Below, piece by piece: positions 20,945 to 31,170 of a stretch of 64,000 nt of DNA. The stretch's first letter is position 1. Each line of letters starts with the position of its first letter. The notes beneath the pieces were generated by a model. It saw only the letters and a program-made list of their open reading frames with translations, ran no database searches and was not told the DNA's origin. The position numbers were made by a program, and so were the translations under genes. The stretch lies in sequence record DRR378314_251; one strand, written 5' to 3'.

Positions 20945-21051
20945 TTCGTATCCCCGAATGAGTGCTTAGCTCGAGTACACAAATGCCGGGAAAGATCGCC
21001 GCCGTATATTCTCCGGAAGGATGGCTCTGCAGCGCAAAAGGCGTGCCCCAC

Positions 21052-21069
21052 CCTGACCTTTTGGTCAGG
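21052..21069. promoter_or_regulatory. Palindrome CCTGACC-TTTT-GGTCAGG, candidate response-regulator operator
   Basis: Perfect 7-bp arms in the middle of the divergent hfaA / H-NOX intergenic region. Confidence 0.55.
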
Positions 21070-21170
21070 TAGTCCTGTCGTTTGACCACTGGTATCTATC
21101 CAGAAGTCGAATTCTGAGCCGCGCATCTTGTTGTAGCCGTCAATTTTCACCGCATCTGGAGGTAAAAAAC

Positions 21171-21725
21171 TTGAAGGGCGTTGTTTTCAGGCAGTTTCTG
21201 GAATTTTCCGAACGAGAGTTTGGGGAAGCCGTTATAGATGAGCTGCTAAACACAACAGAATTGGCGTCCGGCGGCGTTTACACCAATGTAGGATATTACG
21301 ATCACTCTGAAATGATCGCACTCGTCACGGCCCTATCCAATCGGACCGGAACTTCAGCGCGTGCCCTTCTGGTCAAATTCGGACAAAATCTGTTCCCAAG
21401 GCTTATTGCAGGTCACCCTCAAGACGGAGTGACGCATGCCTTCGACCTGATCGAACAGATTCACGGCGTCATCCATAGAGACGTTAAGAAGCTCTACCCG
21501 GATGCAGAGGTTCCGGATATTCGCCCGTCCATGCGAAATGGTAACGACGAAATGCGCATTACCTACGACTCAGCCCGGCCTATGGCTGATTTGTGCGAAG
21601 GCATGATTATGGCCGCTCTGGACCATTACGACGATCTCGAAGATTTTGAGATCTCGAGAACCGATAGTAAACACCGTTATCTCTATAATGCGGACTTTCA
21701 CATAATCCGCAGGAACGGATGTTGA
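21171..21725 (+). CDS. H-NOX (heme NO-binding) sensor
   Basis: MKGVVF N-terminus, proximal His (IHRDV), LYPDAEVP, YxSxR (YDSAR); TTG start after GGAGG. Confidence 0.92.
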   Translation: MKGVVFRQFLEFSEREFGEAVIDELLNTTELASGGVYTNVGYYDHSEMIALVTALSNRTGTSARALLVKFGQNLFPRLIAGHPQDGVTHAFDLIEQIHGVIHRDVKKLYPDAEVPDIRPSMRNGNDEMRITYDSARPMADLCEGMIMAALDHYDDLEDFEISRTDSKHRYLYNADFHIIRRNGC

Positions 21726-23389
21726 GCGAACACGACGACCAGATTGCCCGGCTCAGACGAAAGCTCGAAAGAGAGGCTTCGGCGCGCGCAGCTGCGGAAG
21801 AATTGCTCGAACAACGCTCCGCCGAGCTCTATGAGATCTCAGAACAGCTGCGCGCTGAAGCGCTTCAAGTACAGCACTTGTCGACCGCCATTGACGTATC
21901 AGCAGACGGCGTCGCGATTACCGACAAGGATGGGTACTATACTTACATGAATCCGACCCATGCGAGCATGTTCGGCTATGCTCAGGCACAGGAATGCATC
22001 GGCAAGCCCTGGAGCATGATGTATAATCAGGACACGCTCCTGCGTTTCGAGAAGGACATATTTCCGCTTTTCCAACAAAACGGCTATTGGCGTGGAGAAG
22101 TGACCGGACGCGCGAATGACGGCTCCAAGGTACATCAGGACCTTTCGCTTACAGCCCTCTCCGATGGCGGAATTCTGTGCTCGACACGTGATATCGGCAT
22201 TATTCGTCGACGCGAGGCGCAGCGTGAACAGTTGCATGAAATGTTGCTGGACGCCGAACGCCGCGACGCGCTCGGCCGCATGGCCAAATCGGTCGGACAC
22301 GATTTTGCGAACATTCTCGCGATTATCAATGCGTCTGCACAATTGCTGACAGACAAGATGCAGGCTGATTTGTATGATATCCTCGTGGACAGGATCATAC
22401 AGTCTTGCCGGCAGGCGAACGAACTAGTCGATGATCTAATGAATTTCGACACCGCACCCGAACAGAAGATGTGTGCACTGAATGACCTCGTTCGAGATGT
22501 AGGTGACCTGAACAGCAATCAATTTCTTGCCACGCAAGGGTTTGAAGTCTTGGTAACGAGTGAAAAGCTCGTGTGCGAAACTGACCCGACCCTGTTTTCC
22601 CGAATGGTGTTCAACCTCGTCAAAAATGCTCGAGAGGCTATCGAAGAAGACGGGAATGTTTGCCTGTCGCTGGAACTGATTTCGGAGCAAACTGATATTG
22701 AACCCCATTTCAGCCCGTCCGCCTTTATCGAACGGGGCGAGTGTAATGCGTATCCTGCGGCGCGTCTGATTGTCAGGGATGATGGCGCGGGCATGTCGCA
22801 AAAAGCGCTCGATACGGCGTTCATTCCTTTTCAATCTACAAAAGGGACCGGCCGAGGCTTGGGCCTTACGACTGTTGATGCACTGCTTCAGGGGCAACCG
22901 GGGCGGATGCAGGCGTTCAGTCGTCCCGGCGAAGGCGTGTGGATCGTTATCGATCTGCCATTAGGTGCCGCCTTGAGCCCGGCACCGTCAGTAATTGATC
23001 GCGACGTCCACACCACTCCGAAAGGCGCTATGGTCGTTGACGATGACCGTTTCCAAGCGGACCTTGTCACAGGATTGTTGAAGGAATTCGGATGGGATGC
23101 GGTTTGCTTTTACGATCCCTTGGAAGCCTTGTCGGTATTTAAAGTCGCTCCGTCCGCTTTCGGCTTGATCATCACAGACCGCAGAATGCCTCAGATGAGC
23201 GGTGACGATCTCGTTCCACAACTGCTTGAGATACAGCCAGACATCCCAATCATTCTGAGCTCTGGTGCCTTGGCCTCTCCCCTGCCTGCGGGCCTTGCCG
23301 GAACGCTTCCCAAGCCTGTATCGAGGGAAACACTCTGGGCAACCTTGGACTATATTGGCCTCAAGGCACCACTCGAGTCGCAAGACTGA
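21719..23389 (+). CDS. PAS hybrid histidine kinase with C-terminal receiver domain
   Basis: Coiled coil, PAS, H-box GHDFAN, NLVKNA, DDGAG, GRGLGL, REC (DDD..TDRRMP..KP); overlaps H-NOX stop. Confidence 0.92.
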   Translation: MLSEHDDQIARLRRKLEREASARAAAEELLEQRSAELYEISEQLRAEALQVQHLSTAIDVSADGVAITDKDGYYTYMNPTHASMFGYAQAQECIGKPWSMMYNQDTLLRFEKDIFPLFQQNGYWRGEVTGRANDGSKVHQDLSLTALSDGGILCSTRDIGIIRRREAQREQLHEMLLDAERRDALGRMAKSVGHDFANILAIINASAQLLTDKMQADLYDILVDRIIQSCRQANELVDDLMNFDTAPEQKMCALNDLVRDVGDLNSNQFLATQGFEVLVTSEKLVCETDPTLFSRMVFNLVKNAREAIEEDGNVCLSLELISEQTDIEPHFSPSAFIERGECNAYPAARLIVRDDGAGMSQKALDTAFIPFQSTKGTGRGLGLTTVDALLQGQPGRMQAFSRPGEGVWIVIDLPLGAALSPAPSVIDRDVHTTPKGAMVVDDDRFQADLVTGLLKEFGWDAVCFYDPLEALSVFKVAPSAFGLIITDRRMPQMSGDDLVPQLLEIQPDIPIILSSGALASPLPAGLAGTLPKPVSRETLWATLDYIGLKAPLESQD

Positions 23390-23404
23390 ACAGGATTTAC
23401 CGTA

Positions 23405-24013
23405 ATGCGTATCCTTATCGCTGATGATCACGACCTTGTACTCGACGCCGTTCGATCACTTCTGGAGCATGAATTGCCAGACGCTGACATTTCAGTAGCT
23501 CGAAATGGCGATGATCTCCGTAATTCGTTGACGACTCAAGACCCGGAATTCGATCTCGCCCTTATTGATTTGCGCATGCCGGGCATCACAGGCGTTCAGG
23601 ATATCAAGGACCTGATCGCAGAGTTTCCCGAACAAAGATTTGCAATCCTGTCAGGCGTAGCCGGTCAAATGGAAATCGCCGCCTTGATGGAGAGCGGCGC
23701 GCGCGGCTTCATACCGAAAACCATGCCCGGAGATGGCCTGGTTGCGGCCGTGCGCTTGATCCTGGCGGGACAAGTCTTCACACCAACTCAATCTGAAACC
23801 GATAGTGGCGCAGACGGTGCAGCTCTAACACCCAGAGAGCGGGAAGTTCTCTTCTGCCTGCAGCGTGGTGAATCAAACAAGCAAATCGCACGTGTACTGG
23901 ATATTCAGGAGACGACCGTCAAACTTCATCTGAGGTCTCTGGCGCTGAAACTTGAGGCTCGCAACCGGACTGAAGTGGTTGTGAAGGCGATCCAGTCCGG
24001 CTTGATTGCGTGA
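23405..24013 (+). CDS. NarL/LuxR family response regulator
   Basis: ADDH, DLRMPG; LTPREREVL..GESNKQIA..TVKLH HTH. Confidence 0.93.
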   Translation: MRILIADDHDLVLDAVRSLLEHELPDADISVARNGDDLRNSLTTQDPEFDLALIDLRMPGITGVQDIKDLIAEFPEQRFAILSGVAGQMEIAALMESGARGFIPKTMPGDGLVAAVRLILAGQVFTPTQSETDSGADGAALTPREREVLFCLQRGESNKQIARVLDIQETTVKLHLRSLALKLEARNRTEVVVKAIQSGLIA

Positions 24014-24227
24014 TACAGGATTTGGCGCTGCCTGAATCTTTTCATTTTGCGCATTCATGATACTCCTCATCGGGGTTCGGAACGCATTTCCTGCTATAGA
24101 TAAAACTACCAACATTAAGACGAGTTCTGATCTTTTGACTCAATAGGACTTCGTTGAAAATTCGTCTTGAGACGATTTCGCTTCTAATTTAGGGGCACGA
24201 CGAAGAAATAAGACGAAACGCATCACC

Positions 24228-24851
24228 GTGAATTCAGTATCAGCCCAGATTAAACTCAAGAACCTGTCCGATTGTCGAGAGAAGTTTGACGAGGCGTTTG
24301 AAATTTATGAAATTTCTCTCCCCGCAAGCGAACGCAAGTCTCGCACCGGGGTTCTCAGCCTTCTGGACAGAAAAGACTACAGGCTCACGATCGCAGAACT
24401 CGATTCCCATGTCGTAGGCATTTCGATCGTCTATGTATCACGCTTTTTCCCAATCAGCTTGCTAGACTATATGGCAACCAGCGAAGCATGTCGTAACACA
24501 GGTATCGGCAAATCAATGTTCGTCCACACATTGGCGACCAGCGCCGATCGACTGATGTTCGTTGAAGTCGAGGCTGAACACGGATCCGCTGGTGAACGGG
24601 AAATGCAGAGACGCAGACAAGCCTGGTACGCACGCCTTGGCTGCAGGAAAGTCGACGACATCGCCTATCACATGCCACAACTAAACGACGCGCCACCTCC
24701 GCCGCTGAACCTGTTGTACCACCCGAATGGCACAGAGACTGATCCAACACGCAGCCAGCTACGCAATTGGATTTCAGACGTGTATTCAGGCGTGTATGGC
24801 CTCGACAATTGTGAAGAAGAAATCGAGGCCATGTTCCTGAGGGCAAGCTAG
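24228..24851 (+). CDS. GNAT family N-acetyltransferase
   Basis: LLDYMAT..RNTGIGK acetyl-CoA motif; RRQAWYARLG. Confidence 0.75.
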   Translation: MNSVSAQIKLKNLSDCREKFDEAFEIYEISLPASERKSRTGVLSLLDRKDYRLTIAELDSHVVGISIVYVSRFFPISLLDYMATSEACRNTGIGKSMFVHTLATSADRLMFVEVEAEHGSAGEREMQRRRQAWYARLGCRKVDDIAYHMPQLNDAPPPPLNLLYHPNGTETDPTRSQLRNWISDVYSGVYGLDNCEEEIEAMFLRAS

Positions 24852-24875
24852 TCCTACAGAGTGAACGCCACTCGG

Positions 24876-25337
24876 CTACTCTGCCGGATCGTCGACAGCC
24901 GTATCGGTCACGATCTTCCAGACACCGTCTACCTTGCGCCACACCGTCACGTAGTTACCCGTTGTCTCCGGATCTCCATCAACGCTGAAACTTCCCCAGG
25001 TGACTCCCATATCGCCACTTGCAGACCCCATCGCACCGATCGGTTTCCAGTGAACAGGTGATGGCACCGTATCCAGTTGTCGCTCTGCCATGATCGCAGC
25101 CTCACCTGTGAGAAAGCCTTCGCCAGCTTCGAGCATGAACCCCTTGTCGAAATCCACGAACTTCTTCGAGGCAGCTTCATAACCGTGTTCCAGATTAAAC
25201 GCCTCATAGGCCATGTCCGCCTCCATTAGCTCCGCCTCAATCGTAGCCGGAGAGACAGGCGCACTGACGCACCCGACAATCGAAAGTACGGCACTGCCAA
25301 GGGCCATTGAACGAAGGGCTTTTGCGGTCTGTTTCAT
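24876..25337 (-). CDS. NTF2-like/DUF4440 lipoprotein
   Basis: Lipobox IVGC; SGDMGVTWG..GNYVTVWRKVDGVWKIVTD; AGGAG upstream of ATG 25337. Confidence 0.8.
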   Translation of the reverse strand: MKQTAKALRSMALGSAVLSIVGCVSAPVSPATIEAELMEADMAYEAFNLEHGYEAASKKFVDFDKGFMLEAGEGFLTGEAAIMAERQLDTVPSPVHWKPIGAMGSASGDMGVTWGSFSVDGDPETTGNYVTVWRKVDGVWKIVTDTAVDDPAE

Positions 25338-25409
25338 GAAGTTCTCCTGATTGCCGCGAAACTGTATCGCCGCCAGAAGGAGATCCACACTGCGTTTTAG
25401 GGCCTGAAC

Positions 25410-25426
25410 GGTGCGCATACATCACC
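25410..25426. promoter_or_regulatory. LysR-type operator 1 (GGTGC-N7-TCACC)
   Basis: T-N11-A dyad between divergent genes; GCATC half-site ends 21 bp downstream. Confidence 0.75.
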
Positions 25427-25497
25427 AGCCAATCGACAGTTTGCATCACTCAAGAACAAAATCCGGTGCTAGCCTCAAAGCCGGAGGAAAATAAATT

Positions 25498-28400
25498 ATG
25501 CGAATCCGTCACTTCATCCTCGCTGTCGCATGCAGTCTTCCGGGCGTTTTGTGCACAGCCAATGCCCAGACTAACGAGACAGAGACTGAACCGAAAGTCG
25601 TCACACTCGAGCTTACAGAAGGCACCTGGATGAGCCTGGATGTAAGTCCTGATGGCGAAACCATCGTCTTCGACCTGCTGAATGATATCTATTCGATGCC
25701 CTCCACTGGGGGCACGGCCATCGCAATTCACGATGGATCCGTGACCCAACGCAGCCCTCAATTCAGTCCTGACGGTCAGTTCATCACGTACCTGAGCGAT
25801 CAGAGCGGCGCAGACAATGTCTGGATATCGAAGGCCGACGGAACCGACGCTAGACAGATCACGCATGAAACACATGCCATGGTCGCCGGCCCGGCCTGGT
25901 CCTCTGATGGAAAGTCCATCGCAAGTGTAATTACCTATTCAGACATATTCCGTGTCCGAAATTCTGAAATTCACCTGTACGGCATTGATGACGGTTCAGA
26001 AGAAATTGTCGTACCTCCGCCGACGAGCGGAAAAGACGTACAGGAACCACGCTTCGCGCCGAATGGCCGTCACCTCTATTACACAGAGAGAATCGGCGGA
26101 GATCACTACGTTTACATGAACACAGGTTTGAAGAATTTCGCGATCAAGCGGTTGGATCTCGAAACCGGCGAAAGAAAGAAAGCCATTTCCGGTTTCGGGG
26201 GCGCCTCAACACCGCAGATCTCGCCGAATGGAAAATCCATCGCTTTCATCCGTCGCTTGGGCGCAAAGACAGTTCTGTTCGTAAAAGATCTGGAGTCCGG
26301 ATATGAAGAGCCGATCTATCAGGATCTAGGGCGCGACTTGCACGGAGATTACCTGCCACAGGAGCATTATTACCCCTCCTTCGACTGGTTTCCTGACAGC
26401 CATCACATTGCGATCTGGGCAAAGGGAAAGCTGCTGAAGATCGACACCCTGTCTGCTCTGGCGGAAGAGATACCGTTTAATCTGAAAGCGCGCCATGAAT
26501 TGCAACCAGCAATTCGGGTGAAGCAGGACCTCGCGCCAGACCAGGTTCAAGTCCGCACAATTCGCCAACTCGCCCCGAATCCGGACGGTAGCTCGATACT
26601 CTTCCGTGCAATGGGCAAGATCTGGGAAGTCGGGTCCAGCTCTCCTTCACGGCCTTCTCGCTTGACGAATTCCATGGCCATGGAATCTGAACCAACATGG
26701 TCCCCCGACGGAAAACAAATCGCATATGTGAGCTGGCAAGACCAAACCGGTAGCAAGTTGATCCTGCGGCATGCCGATACAGGCCAAGAGACGGTTCTTG
26801 CAGAAAGCCATGCGGTCATTCGAGAGCCGCAGTTCTCAAATTCTGGAGAACTGATCGCCTATCGGATCATGAGTCCCGACACAGCTTTCAACGCACCAGG
26901 GCCCGAGACAGGCATTTATCTCCTGAACCTGGCCGGAGGTAGTCCGGAATACCTGACGGAAGCCTCGGGCCTGTCAGTGTTCTCTCCCGATGATAGCAGA
27001 CTCTTCTTTCTTGGAGAGCCGTCCTCATACGCGAAACGATCATCTGTGTTGATGAGCATCACGCTCGACGGCAGCGACGTACAGGAACATGCCATTTCTG
27101 AAATGGCAGACATCCGGGACTTCTCCTTGAGTCCTGACCTGAAGTGGCTGGCGTTCAAGTCCAACAATCGCCCTTACGTCATGCCGTTCGACGTCAAGCC
27201 GGCCCCCGTAACCATCAACACGCCGGACAATGGCTCGGCTCGTCTGCTGAGTGATATTGGTGGATACGCTTTCGGATGGTCGAAAGACTCGTCCACACTC
27301 TTCTGGACGATGGGCGCAGAAATTCTTTCAACCACGCCTGCCGACAAGAGCGGCACGCCTCACTCCCTGACAATCAATATACAGCTGCCGACAGACAAGC
27401 CTGAAGGCATAGTTGCGTTCGTTGGCGGCAAGATCGTTCCGATCGAAGGCGATGTTATCAAGAACGGAACTGTTGTTGTTGAAGGAAACCGGATTGTCGC
27501 CGTCGGTCCGCGACGCAAGGTCAAGATTCCGAAAGACGCCACCCGGATCGACATCAAGGGCAAAGTCTTGATGCCTGGCTTCTTCGATGCGCATGGCCAT
27601 ATCGAATGTTGCTTCGACGCCGGCACTATGCCTCAGCAACACCCAACGCGTCTTGCCGCCCTCGCCTATGGCGTCACCACGAACTTCGATCCGTACTCAG
27701 AGGACCTTACTTCCTACGAAAGCGGTGAGATGACTATGACGGGAGAATTGGTCGGTCCGCGCTGGCTCAAATCTGGTCAGGTTGTTCACGGAGTGAAAGG
27801 ACGCACCGCTGGTGTGTATCACCCACTTGCCTCTTTGGATGATGCTCGAAACGTCCTGAAGCGCCGCAAAGCGCTCGGCCCGTCAATTCTGAAAAGCTAC
27901 AAGCTGTCGACTAGAGCTCAGCGTCAGCGACTTCTCCAGGCGGCGAGAGAATACGACTTCATGGTTGATGGCGAAGGCGCCGGACAATTCTACACAAACA
28001 TCGGGATGATCCTCGATGGACACACCAATCTTGAGCACAACCTTCCGGTTGCCACCTATTATGATGATCTTCAGCAGCTGATTGCTGCATCCGACGTCTC
28101 AATGACGCCAACACTGATCGTGACGTTCGGTGAGCTGTTTGGCGAAAATTACATCTACGAAAACGAAGACTCCTGGTCCCAGGACAAAGTCAAAGCCTTC
28201 ATTCCCGACGTAAACAATGCGTATAACCCTATCACGGGCGATAGTGGCACACCCCTGCATGTTCGCTGCATGCATTCGATCCATGTATCAGATGAAATCT
28301 ACGACATCGGATTCCGCTCAGTCGGTCGCTCCTTGACGAAACTGGCAAAAGCCGGCGCAACGGTGAATGTTGGCTCTCACGGTCAGGTTTCCGGGCTCGC

Positions 28401-28737
28401 CATGTACTGGGAGATGCTGCTCTTTGCGGAAAGCGGCATGGAACCGATGGAAATCCTGCGAGCCGCTACGATCAATGGCGCAAAGACCTACGGGCTTGAC
28501 CATCAACTCGGGTCAATCACCCCCGGCAAGCTCGCAGACCTCATTGTACTTGACGAGGATCCGACCGAGGACATCCGCAATGCCAACAGCGTTCGGTATA
28601 CAATGGTCAATGGGCGCCTCTACGATTCCCATACCATGAACGAAATCGGAAATTATAACCGTCCCCGGAGCAAATTCTATTGGGAAATGAAGCCAACAAA
28701 CGGAATAGATTGGAAATCCACATGGTCCGGCGAATAA
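25498..28737 (+). CDS. Secreted amidohydrolase with N-terminal TolB/PD40 beta-propellers (paralog 1)
   Basis: Signal peptide; repeated SPDG blades; PGFFDAHGH, KSY, EH, GSHGQ, GKLADL. Confidence 0.9.
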   Translation: MRIRHFILAVACSLPGVLCTANAQTNETETEPKVVTLELTEGTWMSLDVSPDGETIVFDLLNDIYSMPSTGGTAIAIHDGSVTQRSPQFSPDGQFITYLSDQSGADNVWISKADGTDARQITHETHAMVAGPAWSSDGKSIASVITYSDIFRVRNSEIHLYGIDDGSEEIVVPPPTSGKDVQEPRFAPNGRHLYYTERIGGDHYVYMNTGLKNFAIKRLDLETGERKKAISGFGGASTPQISPNGKSIAFIRRLGAKTVLFVKDLESGYEEPIYQDLGRDLHGDYLPQEHYYPSFDWFPDSHHIAIWAKGKLLKIDTLSALAEEIPFNLKARHELQPAIRVKQDLAPDQVQVRTIRQLAPNPDGSSILFRAMGKIWEVGSSSPSRPSRLTNSMAMESEPTWSPDGKQIAYVSWQDQTGSKLILRHADTGQETVLAESHAVIREPQFSNSGELIAYRIMSPDTAFNAPGPETGIYLLNLAGGSPEYLTEASGLSVFSPDDSRLFFLGEPSSYAKRSSVLMSITLDGSDVQEHAISEMADIRDFSLSPDLKWLAFKSNNRPYVMPFDVKPAPVTINTPDNGSARLLSDIGGYAFGWSKDSSTLFWTMGAEILSTTPADKSGTPHSLTINIQLPTDKPEGIVAFVGGKIVPIEGDVIKNGTVVVEGNRIVAVGPRRKVKIPKDATRIDIKGKVLMPGFFDAHGHIECCFDAGTMPQQHPTRLAALAYGVTTNFDPYSEDLTSYESGEMTMTGELVGPRWLKSGQVVHGVKGRTAGVYHPLASLDDARNVLKRRKALGPSILKSYKLSTRAQRQRLLQAAREYDFMVDGEGAGQFYTNIGMILDGHTNLEHNLPVATYYDDLQQLIAASDVSMTPTLIVTFGELFGENYIYENEDSWSQDKVKAFIPDVNNAYNPITGDSGTPLHVRCMHSIHVSDEIYDIGFRSVGRSLTKLAKAGATVNVGSHGQVSGLAMYWEMLLFAESGMEPMEILRAATINGAKTYGLDHQLGSITPGKLADLIVLDEDPTEDIRNANSVRYTMVNGRLYDSHTMNEIGNYNRPRSKFYWEMKPTNGIDWKSTWSGE

Positions 28738-29600
28738 TTTCAACTACGTGCTTGGCATTGATGGCGATGACAGTTTCCGCCTGTTCGCAACCCGCAGGTT
28801 CGCCTTCTGGTGCAGAAATGGTGGTTATACCTGCAGCCAGTTTCGAGATGGGCGAGACAATCGACTACGGATATGGAGAGATCGATGGACCCCGACACAC
28901 CGTCGATATTCAAAGGTCTTTTGCGTTAGCCAAGACAGAAGTGACGGTAGGCGAGTTCAGACAGTTCGTTGAAGCAACAGGGCACCTGTCCGAAGGCAAA
29001 TGCAACATCTACACAGACGAAAAATCCTGGCACATCGATCCTGACCGAAACTGGGAGCACCCCGGATTTGTGCAAGCCGAAGATCATCCTGTCGTCTGCG
29101 TTAGTTGGGAAGATACACAAGCATACGCATCCTGGCTGACGCAACAAACCGGGGAAGCGTATCGCCTACCGTCGGAAGCAGAATGGGAATACGTGGCGAC
29201 ATTTGGCGACATTGAAGGCGAGGACGGCGTCGTCGGGCACGACGAAGCAAATATCGGCTTGGTTGACTGCTGCGGCGGCAAAGCGGAAGGACGGGATGTC
29301 TGGATTGAAACCGCCCCCGTCGGGAGTTTTCCTTCCGACAAGTTCGGCATCCACGACATGCGAGGAAACGTCTGGGAGTGGCAAGCTGACTGTCATCAAG
29401 ACAACTATGTGGGCGCGCCTGTCGATGGCTCCGCACGCACAGAATGCGACACACCGGACAAACGCTCAATTCGTGGCGGCTCCTACGGCGATGCTGGCGA
29501 CTATCTGTCACCGAGATATCGACTGCCCGGACCTAAGGATCAGGGATATTTCACTGTTGGCTTCCGGTTGGCCCACGACGTTCGCGAACCGCAACGGTGA
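28722..29600 (+). CDS. FGE-sulfatase (SUMF1/PvdO-like) domain lipoprotein
   Basis: Lipobox VSAC; HPVVCVSWED, RLPSEAEWEY, DMRGNVWEW, RGGS, GFR; FGE catalytic Cys pair absent; start ATG 28722. Confidence 0.85.
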   Translation: MVRRIISTTCLALMAMTVSACSQPAGSPSGAEMVVIPAASFEMGETIDYGYGEIDGPRHTVDIQRSFALAKTEVTVGEFRQFVEATGHLSEGKCNIYTDEKSWHIDPDRNWEHPGFVQAEDHPVVCVSWEDTQAYASWLTQQTGEAYRLPSEAEWEYVATFGDIEGEDGVVGHDEANIGLVDCCGGKAEGRDVWIETAPVGSFPSDKFGIHDMRGNVWEWQADCHQDNYVGAPVDGSARTECDTPDKRSIRGGSYGDAGDYLSPRYRLPGPKDQGYFTVGFRLAHDVREPQR

Positions 29601-29612
29601 CCTGAGCGCACC
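29596..29612. promoter_or_regulatory. LysR-type operator 2 (GGTGA-N7-GCACC)
   Basis: 77 nt upstream of the NylC-like gene; GCATC at +21. Confidence 0.75.
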
Positions 29613-29689
29613 AGCACATCAATATATCGCATCTATGTCGGCAAAGCTGCTTTCACGTATGCTGGCCTCCAGAATCGAGGAACAAGATT

Positions 29690-31135
29690 ATGAACACCCG
29701 TACCAAGCTGAAGTGTAACCCCGTTCCCGCTATTGGAATGGCATTGGCAGCGACACTTATGACGGCTTGCGCGACCCTTCCTCAATCAGCGCTGGCAGAT
29801 ATGCCGCCCGTCGGTCAGGACGAACTTCCAGCCCTGATAAATGATGGCTTTGACAGCGAGACGGCGCTGACCTTCGATTGGCCGATGCTGGAGATTGGAA
29901 CGGGCCAGTACGAAGATGGGCCAACAGGCCTGACGGTTCTGAAATTTGGAAAAAAAGTGAACGCTGCCGTCGATTCTCGCGGTGGTGGACCAGGCACCGT
30001 CAACGCCAAATATCTGGAACTAGGATACAATCAGCCCGAACTCGACGCCATCGTCCTGTCTGGTGGCTCCTGGTATGGTCTGGAAGCGGTGACAGCCGCC
30101 AATACTGCGTTGCTCGATGACAAGTATCGTGGCGGTCGCTGGGACAATGTGGGCCTCGTTGTCGGTTCCATCATCTACGATTTCGGCGGTCGGCGCCTCA
30201 ACGAAATCTATCCCGACAAACGTCTTGCCCAACTGGCATTGAGGGCTGCAGAACCGGGCGTATTTCCAAATGGCGCCTATGGCGCAGGTCGTTCTGCCAT
30301 GAATGGCGGCATTTTCGGCTGCAACGCACGCTCCGGACAAGGCAGCGCGTTCCGCCAGATTGGTGATGTGAAGATTGCGGTATTCACCGTCGTCAACGCT
30401 CTTGGCACGGTGACCGACCGTGAAGGTAATGTCGTCGCTTGTCACAAGGGAAGCAACTGGCCGGAAAACCTGAAAGCGACAGATCTGATGCGGGCGGCAC
30501 CAGATAGCGTGCAGCCCGGCTGGAATGGCGACGAGGAGTCACCAGGCGCTGAGCGAAAGAACACAACGATCAGCGTTGTCGTTACCAACCGCTCAATGAC
30601 GCCAGCCGAGCTGCAACGACTTGCTGTTCAGGTACACACATCGATGGCGCGAGGTATTCAACCTTTCGCAAGCGAATTTGACGGTGATGTACTCTACGCT
30701 GTGTCGACGAATGAGGTGGAGACCGGCCCCGGCGAAACCATCCCGAGCATGGAGATCGGCGTCGCCGCGTCTGAACTGATGTGGGATGCCATCCTCGCCG
30801 CAGTGCCTGCGCATCAGGTAACTCAGCCAGACCCAGATCCGGAACTCGTTCTCCCAGCCCGCACGCTGGAAAAGTACGCCGGAACCTATCGCTTCAGCCA
30901 TCTGGCTGAATTAACGGTTAGCGTGGAGAATGGCGCGCTCGTCGCATCTGCAACGGGAGAGCGTGATGTCTTTCAGGTCAAAAAGGGCACTCCCCGTCCC
31001 CTCTTGGCCGCCACCCGAGACACATTCACTGTCGAGCGTGGCCGCTACCCGTTCAGCATTCAGTTTGCGGGTGACGAGATCATAATCAATCCAGGCCGCT
31101 GGCAGCAGACCGGATACCGCGTTTCGGCTGATTAG
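29690..31135 (+). CDS. NylC-like Ntn-hydrolase (peptidase S58/DmpA family) lipoprotein with extra C-terminal domain
   Basis: YEDGPTG, VDSRGG, YGLEA, IYDF, YPDK, GQGSAFR, N|TTIS autocleavage site, [26 protein letters not shown] are collinear with recalled NylC; lipobox MTAC. Confidence 0.85.
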   Translation: MNTRTKLKCNPVPAIGMALAATLMTACATLPQSALADMPPVGQDELPALINDGFDSETALTFDWPMLEIGTGQYEDGPTGLTVLKFGKKVNAAVDSRGGGPGTVNAKYLELGYNQPELDAIVLSGGSWYGLEAVTAANTALLDDKYRGGRWDNVGLVVGSIIYDFGGRRLNEIYPDKRLAQLALRAAEPGVFPNGAYGAGRSAMNGGIFGCNARSGQGSAFRQIGDVKIAVFTVVNALGTVTDREGNVVACHKGSNWPENLKATDLMRAAPDSVQPGWNGDEESPGAERKNTTISVVVTNRSMTPAELQRLAVQVHTSMARGIQPFASEFDGDVLYAVSTNEVETGPGETIPSMEIGVAASELMWDAILAAVPAHQVTQPDPDPELVLPARTLEKYAGTYRFSHLAELTVSVENGALVASATGERDVFQVKKGTPRPLLAATRDTFTVERGRYPFSIQFAGDEIIINPGRWQQTGYRVSAD

Positions 31136-31170
31136 ACGCTCAAGACACTCATAAATATCAGGACAGCAAA

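Noticed and set aside
20941-21150. 69-aa ORF upstream of hfaA
   Set aside because: No motifs, and it spans the divergent promoter region and palindrome; probably spurious.
28722-29600. Sulfatase-maturing FGE
   Set aside because: Catalytic cysteines are absent and there is no sulfatase in the window.
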